Positions 9,701-18,240 of a stretch of 50,564 nt of DNA are shown in pieces. The notes below the pieces were generated by a model. It ran no database searches. It was not told the origin of the DNA and saw only the letters and a list, made by a program, of their open reading frames with translations. The first letter of the stretch is position 1; each line of letters starts with the position of its first letter. A program made the position numbers and the translations under genes. The DNA is from a virus (lineage: Duplodnaviria; Caudoviricetes), in IMG/VR virus record IMGVR_UViG_3300034691_000007, positions 1 to 50,564 of that record; one strand, given 5' to 3'.

Positions 9701-11816
9701 GAAGAAGGTTGACATGTCCAGTAATAACTACTGGGACCTGCAACAGTCTGGTGGTCGTTCTGCTCAGAAGGTTCGTGGTAAGCGTTTGGAAGATGCAACC
9801 TCTACTATCACTGACCCAGCGATGACTAACATCCTTGGCCCAGTAGACAGTATGATTGCGTCGGCCCGCTCTGTCTCTCGTCGTGTGGCAATGCGTGACT
9901 TCACTGAAGCCACCAAGACACGCTTCATGAAACAGTTTGAAGACTTCTTGCCTACAGGTAAGTATGGTCAGAAGGTTTTCCCTAACAGCATTGATGAAGT
10001 AATGCACCGTCCGGGTAAGACTCCTGTTCAGAAAGACTTGGCAGATGCTCGTACCACCTTTGAATACATCCGCTACCTTGAGAACGGTTACATAAACCAC
10101 ATTGACGATGGCTACAAGGCCACTCTGAAGGCGTTGAGTGACGTAGCTGGTAGTGTGGGGTTGTCTAAGGTAGAACGTGGCTTAGGTTGGATGTCAGAGG
10201 GTCGTGGCCCTACTGCTATGGGTAAGAACATTGCCTTTAACATGTACTTGGCTACCAACCCTTTCCGTCAGTTCATTGTTCAGTCTCACCAAGCTGTGCA
10301 GCTCGCTGCTAACTTCCCACGTTGGGTGTTGAGTGGCAAGGCTGTTCCAGAAGTCACTATCCTCACCAGCTACCAGATGGGCTACAAGCCTGCCCAGTAT
10401 CTGTTGAAAGGTGCTGGCCTGACTGAGAAAGAAGCATACGAAATGTTCCGTCAGTTTGAACGTACTGGTCAAGCCGCTGCTGTAGATAAGCAGAACCTGA
10501 TCCGTGGTGCTCTGACAGATGTGGCTGACACCGTAGCCGGTGGTAAGCTCTTCAAGTTTGCTACTGCACCATTGAACTTCATGCGTAAGGTTGGCTTTGA
10601 CGCTGGTGAGAACGTGAACACCATGACTGCGTGGCTTGCCCACCGTGATCAGGCTCTTCGCGCTGGTGAGGACTTCAGTAAGGCTGATGTACAGGACAAG
10701 GTTGCAGGCATGGCCCGTAACTACACCTACAACATGAATGCTGCTGGCGACCTGCCATACAACCAGAACGCCCTAGCTGCTGTGTTCCAGTTCATGCAAG
10801 TGCCACACAAAGCTCTGACAAGCTTCACACTTAACCGTGTGATGACTCCTGTACAGAAGGCTCGGTTGGTAGGCTTCAACGCACTGATGTACACTCTGCC
10901 TCCGGCAGCTATGTACTCCCTGTTCGGTGATGTGCTCCCAGATGATCCTAAGGCTCGTGATGCAGTTGTCCAAGGTCTGGAAGGTTTGATGCTGAACAAG
11001 TTGGTTGAGCTGGGCACAGGTGAGCAATCTCGTATTGACTTCTCTGGTCTGTCTCCAATGGACCTGTATGGTAGCGCTGACTTCATCCACTCTCTGTTTA
11101 CCACAGACGTGGGTGGTATTATCTCTGCTACTCCATCTGGTCAATTGTTCTTCGGTAACAACCCACGGCTGACTAACTTCGCTAAGACTGCTGCTCGGTA
11201 CTTCAACTTGGTTGATGATTACACTGACCCTACTAGCTTTGGTGTGGTGGCTAACGACTTTGCTAAGCTGTCGTCTGGTTACAGTAACGCATTCAAAGCT
11301 GCCTATGCGCTCAAGTACGGCAACAAGATCAACACCACTGGTGGTATCACAGACAACAACGTTACACGTCCTGAGGCTATTGCACAGGTGTTTGGGTTTG
11401 CAACTTTGGATGAAGCCCAGTCCCGCTATGTGAATGACACTACTTACAAGAAGACCAAAGCTTACGAAGATGATGTTCGTCAGTGGTACAAGGACTTCAA
11501 GAAGCATGTCGTCGCTGAGGGTAACACTGGTGATCAACAAGCTCAGATTGTTAAGACGTACAGTGAAGCGTGGCGTGTCTGGGGTAACGATGATGTACGT
11601 GCTCGTCAGATCATTCAAGGCGAATTGCAGAAGGATGTAGCGAGTGGTGACACTCGTATGTACCAGTCTGTAATGCGTATGAACAACATGATGAGTCCAT
11701 CTGAAGTGAAGACTTTGGTTCAGGCAATGCCCGGTTACGATGAGACTAAACGTAAAGCAATGTTGGACACTCTCGACTTTATGAACAGCTACAAAGAAAA
11801 CAAGGAAAATAAATAA
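6756..11816 (+). CDS. Large internal virion (ejection) protein
   Basis: 1686-aa ORF with strong phage codon bias, in the ejectosome position. Confidence 0.75.
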   Translation: MASLDQFNPAPVSSIDDFKVDANTTAPVSNRPSNVNLAAHAAAMTNDPKNVVDAFTASNAELDMTGKSQTAQDLVGASRDAAMGANKAALVSYLADPNVSDVDKQRAAAGVYDQTNAIYSTSNVLSNMALSAPAGTKEPVETETARISMADAINEVNDVKRQKQALLNQEVAKADPDMGKALAGFLETLTPGLPEKHVGSIANGLMNGEGHAYAAAAVLMGQSQAAINNTILQAPPEKRMEMIKKVVDMVNQQASIALPGDNDYARVDQLRKVLEDGYYTDFSQVADNITSVLDMTVLGGVAARAARGAGNIAEGVLTGGRLERTAASNFERDAVRTRVQPTTVSQNYKDTNPQLATAAHEAAAADNTEQAAQALYGTSRTDAVGSDILPQVAKKDGSVDNKVGRPERINDGANTPNPEVMDFVNHDGAIYYWQGEKRDMRSRVVNNFEQAKGMNARKEMFQVDALADGVGVKAVYGPPQGGFGSAQEAMDIAKWSLRDSGIDESAITILKREGSDYVPSTVEEMNALRKPQTLLDTKVPLRDAGEPVQASRPFIKDVTGDTRYLKDDDKLIFVSPEAAATLKKSVGTSRRGIVFDDRTGQALVERGTGSPDPASLVQASKTPKEGLVPVDVSGPKPKFGNAIAEIGNHPTTSITSSVKVTKATVPDFLVQVDHTYKFSPGDVAQWAEADVKYNIFDRIDAFNGSGNAGSLQRHILDAHSMLHPNITLGANVAVDKAAGLEKELLKVGDNFAAGFKALPKDRQNFLNSIIKDANEQGIDFNYNKLVADGVTGKEMQVLKDWREYWDTVYHLENRDLAKSLRAQNYHEFVDETQGGTRLFAKPVSRNQVSGDIKIYDHNTDKIRTMRADEVADLYAKDGTIARLRQPIRAEDDAAEYIASVQAPGKNYLRALNDNTQVLNYRKGYYSVHYKDPHFIVKVEKNSRGETLFERAVATAGNAKDADLMVKRMEATDGGTYYRRGDQKKVDMSSNNYWDLQQSGGRSAQKVRGKRLEDATSTITDPAMTNILGPVDSMIASARSVSRRVAMRDFTEATKTRFMKQFEDFLPTGKYGQKVFPNSIDEVMHRPGKTPVQKDLADARTTFEYIRYLENGYINHIDDGYKATLKALSDVAGSVGLSKVERGLGWMSEGRGPTAMGKNIAFNMYLATNPFRQFIVQSHQAVQLAANFPRWVLSGKAVPEVTILTSYQMGYKPAQYLLKGAGLTEKEAYEMFRQFERTGQAAAVDKQNLIRGALTDVADTVAGGKLFKFATAPLNFMRKVGFDAGENVNTMTAWLAHRDQALRAGEDFSKADVQDKVAGMARNYTYNMNAAGDLPYNQNALAAVFQFMQVPHKALTSFTLNRVMTPVQKARLVGFNALMYTLPPAAMYSLFGDVLPDDPKARDAVVQGLEGLMLNKLVELGTGEQSRIDFSGLSPMDLYGSADFIHSLFTTDVGGIISATPSGQLFFGNNPRLTNFAKTAARYFNLVDDYTDPTSFGVVANDFAKLSSGYSNAFKAAYALKYGNKINTTGGITDNNVTRPEAIAQVFGFATLDEAQSRYVNDTTYKKTKAYEDDVRQWYKDFKKHVVAEGNTGDQQAQIVKTYSEAWRVWGNDDVRARQIIQGELQKDVASGDTRMYQSVMRMNNMMSPSEVKTLVQAMPGYDETKRKAMLDTLDFMNSYKENKENK

Positions 11817-13612
11817 TGGCAGACTTTACCGTTGGGACGGAGACTCAAGCTGGGGCGAACATTCGCCCTAGTGCTCCAGTTACAACCCCAAGTGTCGTTG
11901 GCCCAGTTGTTGATATTGCCTCTAAAGTAGTAGGGGCTGGTATCAACGGCTTCTTCTCTGGCCAGCAAAATCAACAAGAAGTACAACGGCAGACTGCCAT
12001 TAACTCCAACATTGAGTCTTTCACTCAGGCTCAGTTGAAGCTAGCATCTGCTGTAGATACAGGCTCCATGTCAAGTGCGGAGGCGCGTATGCGCCAACGT
12101 GCTAACTACACGGCAGCCATTGCCAACAACCCCGGCCTAGTTAACCAACTGGCAGATGTTCAGAAGAGTCTGACCACTACAGTTGGCTTGGCTAAGAACG
12201 TGGCTGATGGTACAGAGACCGAACAGAATAACCTTGCTAACGAGAAGGCTGCCAGCGCTGCTGGTTGGATTCCACCTAACGCAAGCCCATCTGATCGGGC
12301 CTCGGCTACACAGTCCTATCTCCAGTTCCAGCGTGGGCAAGAGGACATTAAGGCACAGGCTGCGAGCATTGGCTTACAGCGCGCGAAGATTGGCCTGCAA
12401 GCTGACGGCATTGGCCTTCAGTCTGCAAGCGTTCAGTTGCAAAGTGCTAAGATTGGATTGATGCAGAAGAATCGGGAGGAGCAGTCTCGAACTGCTTTGG
12501 GGAATATTGCAGATGGTTACAGCCAGAAGTTTGCTAACGACTTGTCGAGCATTCAGCAGCAAGTAGCTAACGGCACTATGACTCAACAACAAGGGATTGA
12601 ACAGGCTAACACATTGCATGCTAACCTGTTGGGTATTGTGAACAAGGTTGGTGGAGACGCTCCGTCGTCTAACTTGTCTAACACCATTGCTCCAATGACT
12701 GAGCGTTATAACAACGCTGTCAAGTTCTTGAGTGGTGATATTGACAAGCAAGTGCTGGAGAATCAGAACACCATTGCTGACGCTAAGCAGAAGCTCTTGA
12801 TCAAGGCTGACCCTGATACCTCTCGTGTCATTGCTGTAAGCCAGATGTTCCCATCTGCTGCATTGACCCTGATGCCTGCTGTCAACAACAAAGTGTTGGG
12901 TATCCTTGGTAAGAACATGGACCCTACCACTAAACCTAACGATCCACACCCAGATAGCGATAGTGACAAGGCAGACCACCAGACTTATCTGAATCTGCTG
13001 AAGGTCAACATGAATGCTGTGACTACTGGCGTTAAGACTGGTCCTAAGGATGCAGCGGCAGCCAATACTCCAGCAGAAGTTGACACTCACGTTAGCCAAG
13101 TGCTGAAGGGTATCAACGCGTATCAGATGGCAGTAAGCGATCCTAAAGACTACAACCAAGTTGTGGACTGGCTGGCTAGCCCTGAGTTTGGTAAGTATGC
13201 GTCTGGTCGTGGCATTCCGTCTGACACAGCCACTCAGGCTAAGCAAGTGTTGCAAGAGCAGTATGAGAATACTGTCCTGCCACTGATCAAGACTGAGTAT
13301 GACAACGCTGTTACTGTGAAGCGTACACCTGTTCAGAATCCTAAGAATGGCCAGATTGATGCACAGACTACCACCACTGAAGCAAGCGCTAATATCAAAC
13401 CTGTATTCACAGGCGCTGGTATTACCTTCCTCCCAGTTGATGGTGCTGATGCTGCAACTAAGGCTAAGGCTAAGGACTTGAACGCCAAGGTAGCCCCTGT
13501 TGTGAACCGTCTGATTCGTATGGGCGCTCACCTCAATGGCAACCAGAACTACAAGCAAGTATATGAGTCGCAATACTCTGCACTGTTCGGTGCTGAGCTA
13601 CCTAAGGAATAA
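11816..13612 (+). CDS. Internal virion protein
   Basis: 598 aa, Q/A/N-rich and helical, TAATG-coupled to the previous gene. Confidence 0.7.
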   Translation: MADFTVGTETQAGANIRPSAPVTTPSVVGPVVDIASKVVGAGINGFFSGQQNQQEVQRQTAINSNIESFTQAQLKLASAVDTGSMSSAEARMRQRANYTAAIANNPGLVNQLADVQKSLTTTVGLAKNVADGTETEQNNLANEKAASAAGWIPPNASPSDRASATQSYLQFQRGQEDIKAQAASIGLQRAKIGLQADGIGLQSASVQLQSAKIGLMQKNREEQSRTALGNIADGYSQKFANDLSSIQQQVANGTMTQQQGIEQANTLHANLLGIVNKVGGDAPSSNLSNTIAPMTERYNNAVKFLSGDIDKQVLENQNTIADAKQKLLIKADPDTSRVIAVSQMFPSAALTLMPAVNNKVLGILGKNMDPTTKPNDPHPDSDSDKADHQTYLNLLKVNMNAVTTGVKTGPKDAAAANTPAEVDTHVSQVLKGINAYQMAVSDPKDYNQVVDWLASPEFGKYASGRGIPSDTATQAKQVLQEQYENTVLPLIKTEYDNAVTVKRTPVQNPKNGQIDAQTTTTEASANIKPVFTGAGITFLPVDGADAATKAKAKDLNAKVAPVVNRLIRMGAHLNGNQNYKQVYESQYSALFGAELPKE

Positions 13613-13616
13613 GATT

Positions 13617-13718
13617 ATGGCTAAGGCAAAGAAAGCACTACCTAAAGGTTTCGTCCCATTCGGTAAGGGCGGTAAGAAAGCCCCAGCTAAGAAGGCTCCA
13701 GCAAAGAAAGGAAAGTAA
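13617..13718 (+). CDS. 33-aa Lys/Ala/Pro-rich basic peptide (histone H1-tail-like)
   Basis: MAKAKKALPKGFVPFGKGGKKAPAKKAPAKKGK with an AAGGA RBS; exactly fills the gap between two genes. Confidence 0.75.
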   Translation: MAKAKKALPKGFVPFGKGGKKAPAKKAPAKKGK

Positions 13719-13721
13719 GCC

Positions 13722-14204
13722 ATGGCAGTTGATGTATCAAAATGGCTGAAGGCTGCGGGGTTGTCCACTGCTATGGTTCTTGCGGGAACTATGGCAGCTA
13801 AGTGGGAGGGTAAGGTGAACACCACTTACCTTGACCCCATAGGCGTCCCCACGAGCTGCTACGGCCACACTGGGCCTGAGGTTAAGCTAGGACAAAGGTT
13901 CACTGACGAGCAGTGCTTACAGCAGCTCTCAGAGGATTTGAAGAAGCATGATGTATGGTTGATGAATGCCGTCAAGGTGCCCATGAACGATTACATCCAT
14001 GCTGCTATGCTTGACTTTACTTTTAACAAAGGGGTTGGGAATTTACAGTCTAGCACCATGCTGATCTATCTCAATCAGGGGCACTACAAAGAGGCATGCA
14101 ACGAGTTGTCCAAGTGGGTGTACGCTAAGAAGAAGAAGCTTCCGGGCTTAGTAGCGAGAGCAGCCGATGAACAAGCTATGTGCATGAAAGGGGTAGGGGT
14201 ATGA
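13722..14204 (+). CDS. SAR-type endolysin, GH24 lysozyme
   Basis: Weakly hydrophobic Ala/Gly-rich N-terminus, then the E-X8-D-X5-T triad (EGKVNTTYLDPIGVPT), CYGHT and GLVAR motifs. Confidence 0.9.
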   Translation: MAVDVSKWLKAAGLSTAMVLAGTMAAKWEGKVNTTYLDPIGVPTSCYGHTGPEVKLGQRFTDEQCLQQLSEDLKKHDVWLMNAVKVPMNDYIHAAMLDFTFNKGVGNLQSSTMLIYLNQGHYKEACNELSKWVYAKKKKLPGLVARAADEQAMCMKGVGV

Positions 14205-14653
14205 ATGAAGCATGGAAGGTAGGTTCCTTCGCCATCCTGCTGGTGTTGTGCGTGGCCTTAGCTGGCCTGTTAGCGTACCAGCACCAGAAGACTGGTGTAT
14301 TACAGGACAAGGTAACGGACTTGACGGAGCAAGTAGGTAAGGCCAATGAGGAGCTAGGCAAGAATGCTACAAGCTGTGCTACAACTGATGCGGTAGTTGC
14401 TGACAACAAAGCCACAGAGGACGAGTACGATGTAGCTCAGAAAACCATTAATGCCAACCTAGAGAAAGGTCTGGTGCTGAGCATTAAGGAAGCACAGGTC
14501 AAACAAAATGACAAGAGTGAAACCGTTAAGAGTGTTAATGCTAGTACCGATGCTGTACTTGCTGACAGCATGTGGCAGTCATACTGTACAGTCCAACCAG
14601 ACGATACTGATTGCACCGCCAGACGCGCTGCTCTCAAAGTGCCTGTACACTAA
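14201..14653 (+). CDS. Rz-like inner-membrane spanin
   Basis: N-terminal TM helix plus periplasmic coil, directly after the endolysin. Confidence 0.75.
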   Translation: MNEAWKVGSFAILLVLCVALAGLLAYQHQKTGVLQDKVTDLTEQVGKANEELGKNATSCATTDAVVADNKATEDEYDVAQKTINANLEKGLVLSIKEAQVKQNDKSETVKSVNASTDAVLADSMWQSYCTVQPDDTDCTARRAALKVPVH

Positions 14654-14783
14654 GCCCCCTGAGGTGGAGCTTGTTGCTATGACTAAGGCGTACAACGAGC
14701 AGACCATTAACATGGGTAAGTGTGACGCTAAGCTCAGGGACTTGAGGACATGGAAGGCCAAGCAGAAGGAGATTTACAAATGA
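14508..14783 (+). CDS. Rz1-like outer-membrane spanin (lipoprotein)
   Basis: Lipobox LLTAC and Pro-rich segment; overlaps Rz in another frame. The start may be a later ATG. Confidence 0.75.
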   Translation: MTRVKPLRVLMLVPMLYLLTACGSHTVQSNQTILIAPPDALLSKCLYTKPPEVELVAMTKAYNEQTINMGKCDAKLRDLRTWKAKQKEIYK

Positions 14784-15109
14784 CCCTTAGCGAGTCTTTG
14801 AAACTCATCCCTAGTTGGGTTCAGGTACTGTTTACAGTTGGGGGTTTGGTGTTCGGAGGGGGCGTATTATACGCTGATGTGCAGGATATCAAGAAGGGGC
14901 AGGAGCGTACTGAAGTTGTACTGTCTCAGTATAGTCAGACAGTAGGGCAAGTCAGTGGCTTGGAAATCAAGCTAGCCTTGGCAGACAAGACTAACGAAAG
15001 GATCATGACAGCTCTAGAGAAGCTGTCAGGTGCTGTAGATGTTCTTAGTGTCAGTGTAGCTCGTATTGATGAACGTACAAGACCCAAAGATAAAGTAACT
15101 AGTAGATAA
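14780..15109 (+). CDS. Putative holin (single TM helix plus coiled coil)
   Basis: ATG 14780 after AAGGAG. TM segment WVQVLFTVGGLVFGGGVLY. Last gene of the lysis cassette. Confidence 0.5.
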   Translation: MTLSESLKLIPSWVQVLFTVGGLVFGGGVLYADVQDIKKGQERTEVVLSQYSQTVGQVSGLEIKLALADKTNERIMTALEKLSGAVDVLSVSVARIDERTRPKDKVTSR

Positions 15110-15146
15110 ACAATCGGGGGAGCCTAAGAAGCTCCCCTTTTTGTTG
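15109..15146. terminator. Terminator (probably bidirectional) where the two genome arms converge
   Basis: GGGGAGC-CTAAGAA-GCTCCCC followed by TTTTTGTT, with AAACAA on the other side, between convergent genes. Confidence 0.85.
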
Positions 15147-15190
15147 CCCAAAATATTTTCTAGGAAAAATTAAGGGCGTTGGCTATTGCA

Positions 15191-15391
15191 TTACTCCCCC
15201 TCGAAGAAGCCCTCACAGGCTAGGTCGTGGAAGATAATAACAATGGCCTTGATGATTTGGGGGTCAAGATCGACCCCCTCCTCAATGAAGCGTTCAAGGT
15301 CGCTAATCTTGAACTCCAGAATGTCTTTCCCCATACCAATTACAACATCAGCATCAGGTGCTGGGGGAAACATACTAATCACGTTTGACAT
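15191..15391 (-). CDS. Hypothetical protein (66 aa)
   Basis: ORF continuing the minus-strand operon. Confidence 0.6.
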   Translation of the reverse strand: MSNVISMFPPAPDADVVIGMGKDILEFKISDLERFIEEGVDLDPQIIKAIVIIFHDLACEGFFEGE

Positions 15392-15438
15392 ATGGTGCGC
15401 TCCAGAGATTGATTGGTGGGAACGTTATGTCAGGCCAC

Positions 15439-17298
15439 TCATACGATTTCGCAGAAGCCACCGGCACACGCAAGTTCTGCTTTGAGGTCGATGGCTTTAC
15501 CATCAGACTCAAATACTTCGTCGATGTTAATGGCATTAAGAAAAGGAAGCAGGCGCTCATACTCCTCCTTCGAGCAGTCCTCAAAAGGAAGCTGGGGATA
15601 TGCCTCAGCACCAAAGTAAGGGAGAACACTAATGCCGTTGTAGAAGCGTTGATTCTTCCACATCCAGATTGTCAGCTCTTCCCACTCACCGTCCTTCACA
15701 CTGATAGTGCAGGACACGTTGTGTTTGTTGCTACCAATCAAGTGACCATTAGCCACCCACTCACCACTGACTTGCTTGACTCGTTCCAGCAGATCAAGCA
15801 TGGTCTCAGTCCGCACACAAGCCCCGTCAGGCGCTTTCTGTGGGAAGGACAATACTACCTGATGGGGAACCATCACATCCTGCTCTACAAGCTCAGGAGC
15901 GACCCTCATCATGTACTGTGCTAGTTCTTCATCTTTGCCAGCTCGCATTCGACGAATGTAGAAATCGTTATGCCAAGCATGAATCCCACTACTACAGCCA
16001 AGCACAAGACTAGTGGTCCCGGCAGGTTTAACAGTGGTGATGCGATCAGCAGGATTGATGCCAATGGCGTTAGCCACATTAATGTTGACTTCCTTAGCAA
16101 CATCAGCCGCTTCTCCCATGTCAAGTTCAGTGACAGTCTTACTGGCAATGCCAGTCATACTTACACCTAGAAGTGAACCACGCTCACATGTTTCACGCCA
16201 CTTCGGGTTAAGGTAATGGAAATCAGTGTAACCTGCTTGGAGAGTACCAATGAAAGTAGCAGCCGCTGTAACATCGTTAAAGTCCTGTTGGTCTTTGATG
16301 AGACTGGCATTAATCTCTGTCAGGTTACACATCTGGTATGGTTCAAGTGCAATCTCGCAACATGGGTTAGTGCCCCAGTCACGATTGTTGTTCCAGTACA
16401 CTCCCGGCTCACCACAGCCAGACTCTTCTACACGCTTCATCAAAGCGAAGAACTCTTCTTCCGTTACCTCACCCCTGATGAGGACAGCAGAGTTATTCGA
16501 GCGTGCTCGGTATGGGTGTGTTTCCCACCAGTTGCCAGACTTGCATGTAATCATTTCCTCATCTGTTCTGTCGAACAGTGAGATCATGGCAGCGCGACGA
16601 ATACCACCAGCAAGCACAGCATCTGCAATAATGCATGCAGCATCATGAACCTCGATAGGTTTCAGCTTGCGGCCAACAGCTCCGCCGAAGAGCGTGACAA
16701 GGGCTTCAACACAGGCCTTGAGTGGGGCTGGGCCGGGGGCTTGGCCTCCGGTGGTAACAAGTTCACTTCCTTTTTCTCTGATGTCACGATAATCAAAGAC
16801 AGGAAGAGCGCCACCAGTAAGAAAAGCTTTAGCAACCACTTTAATAGCATCAGCCCAGCCGACGATAGAATCTTGAATCTGGAACTTGTGAACATAAGCG
16901 TTCTTAGGTGCAGTTACAGAGGGCAGCTTGTTCACATGAACAGACTGAACACTGTAACCCATACCTGTGCCTCCCAGTAGGAGAAACATAAGTTCGGGGA
17001 AGAAGTGATAATCTTCCGCTGGCATGTATGCACAATTGAAGATGCGGTTATGCGCAAGCTCAATAGGACGGCCACCAAACTGTAATGAGCGCATCGAAGG
17101 AAGAACCCGCTTAGTATTAACAAACTGGTCATAAACGACAGCGATGTCGTCAGCCAGTTCGGGGTACTTCCGTTGATGCATTTCTTTATTGCGTTGTACA
17201 ATCTCACCATAGTTCTCCCGGCGTCCCTTATCAGCACGGAACTTGGCATACTTGTTGAACACTGTAATATCAGACAGTGCTTTCTTATCAGCTTCCAT
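15439..17298 (-). CDS. nrdJ: Class II (adenosylcobalamin-dependent) ribonucleotide reductase, monomeric type
   Basis: FNCAY, GGIRRAA, TNPCCEI, TVKPAGT and C-terminal CAGGFC motifs. No NrdB partner in the genome. Confidence 0.9.
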   Translation of the reverse strand: MEADKKALSDITVFNKYAKFRADKGRRENYGEIVQRNKEMHQRKYPELADDIAVVYDQFVNTKRVLPSMRSLQFGGRPIELAHNRIFNCAYMPAEDYHFFPELMFLLLGGTGMGYSVQSVHVNKLPSVTAPKNAYVHKFQIQDSIVGWADAIKVVAKAFLTGGALPVFDYRDIREKGSELVTTGGQAPGPAPLKACVEALVTLFGGAVGRKLKPIEVHDAACIIADAVLAGGIRRAAMISLFDRTDEEMITCKSGNWWETHPYRARSNNSAVLIRGEVTEEEFFALMKRVEESGCGEPGVYWNNNRDWGTNPCCEIALEPYQMCNLTEINASLIKDQQDFNDVTAAATFIGTLQAGYTDFHYLNPKWRETCERGSLLGVSMTGIASKTVTELDMGEAADVAKEVNINVANAIGINPADRITTVKPAGTTSLVLGCSSGIHAWHNDFYIRRMRAGKDEELAQYMMRVAPELVEQDVMVPHQVVLSFPQKAPDGACVRTETMLDLLERVKQVSGEWVANGHLIGSNKHNVSCTISVKDGEWEELTIWMWKNQRFYNGISVLPYFGAEAYPQLPFEDCSKEEYERLLPFLNAINIDEVFESDGKAIDLKAELACAGGFCEIV

Positions 17299-17459
17299 CA
17301 ATTGAACTTCTCCAGAAATAGGCTTAGTGCTTCATACTCTTTTGACAGCTTGATGTATTGAGGCTCACGCTGCCAACTGTCATAATGGTCTAGCTTGTAG
17401 CGACGCAGTTCATTCGCCACAGCTACGATTCTAACGATCGCTTGATCCCGGCTAATCAT
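17298..17459 (-). CDS. Hypothetical protein (53 aa, MISRDQAIVR...)
   Basis: Hand-translated; TAATG and TGATG coupling on both sides. Confidence 0.65.
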   Translation of the reverse strand: MISRDQAIVRIVAVANELRRYKLDHYDSWQREPQYIKLSKEYEALSLFLEKFN

Positions 17460-17599
17460 TACTCTTTCTCTTCTTTCGGTGGCTCAGTCTCTGTAAATAG
17501 TACCAAAGGGAATAAGCCGTAACGTGCAAACAGCACGAGGAACAGGGCTGTTACCAGCCCGGTTGCCAGACAACATGCCAGTAGAGTGAACGTACTCAC
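17459..17599 (-). CDS. Small membrane protein (46 aa)
   Basis: GTG start overlapping the phoH stop; long hydrophobic stretch. Confidence 0.55.
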   Translation of the reverse strand: MSTFTLLACCLATGLVTALFLVLFARYGLFPLVLFTETEPPKEEKE

Positions 17600-18240
17600 T
17601 GACGTTCCTCCCATTTCTCGAATGCGCCAATGAACATCTTGCAAGTCTCACTACGCAGTACGTCATCAACTGTGAAGTGGATGGTGTGTACTGGGAGGTC
17701 CAGAGCCGTAACCATGTTGATGAACTGTGCCAGACCAGAGTTCTTGAACAGGGGGCTGGTCTGTGCAATGTCTCCACACAGAACCAACTTACTGTTCTGA
17801 CCCATACGAGTCACCAGTACCTTGATTTGTTCAAAGGTCATATTCTGGCATTCATCAATGATTACCAGAGCGTTGTCCCAAGTCAGACCTTGGATGTGTT
17901 CCAGCATGTAATACTGGAGACGGCGGTTCTTCTCGTAGTCGAGCTGATGGTTAATACCTACACCATGAGCAATGAAGTTCTGTTGCAGTGGACGAATCCA
18001 AGGCTCCAGCTTCTCACGTTCACCGCCCGGCAGGAAGCCGTTAGTGTCAGCGAAGGATACGTTAGGACGAGCCAAGATCACTTGGTTCTTACGGCCCTCT
18101 TGGAGCCACTCTACAGCTCGACCAATGGCACCATACGTCTTACCTGTCCCAGCACTGCCATACGCCACTGTAGGCATTCTGGCACGGTCATGCAGGGCAT
18201 GTTCGTACAGTTCGTGAGTCTTAGTTGGTTGCAATGTCAT
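17596..18240 (-). CDS. phoH: PhoH-like ATPase
   Basis: GSAGTGKT Walker A, GFLPG, IIDECQN, TRMG and GDIAQ motifs. Confidence 0.92.
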   Translation of the reverse strand: MTLQPTKTHELYEHALHDRARMPTVAYGSAGTGKTYGAIGRAVEWLQEGRKNQVILARPNVSFADTNGFLPGGEREKLEPWIRPLQQNFIAHGVGINHQLDYEKNRRLQYYMLEHIQGLTWDNALVIIDECQNMTFEQIKVLVTRMGQNSKLVLCGDIAQTSPLFKNSGLAQFINMVTALDLPVHTIHFTVDDVLRSETCKMFIGAFEKWEERQ

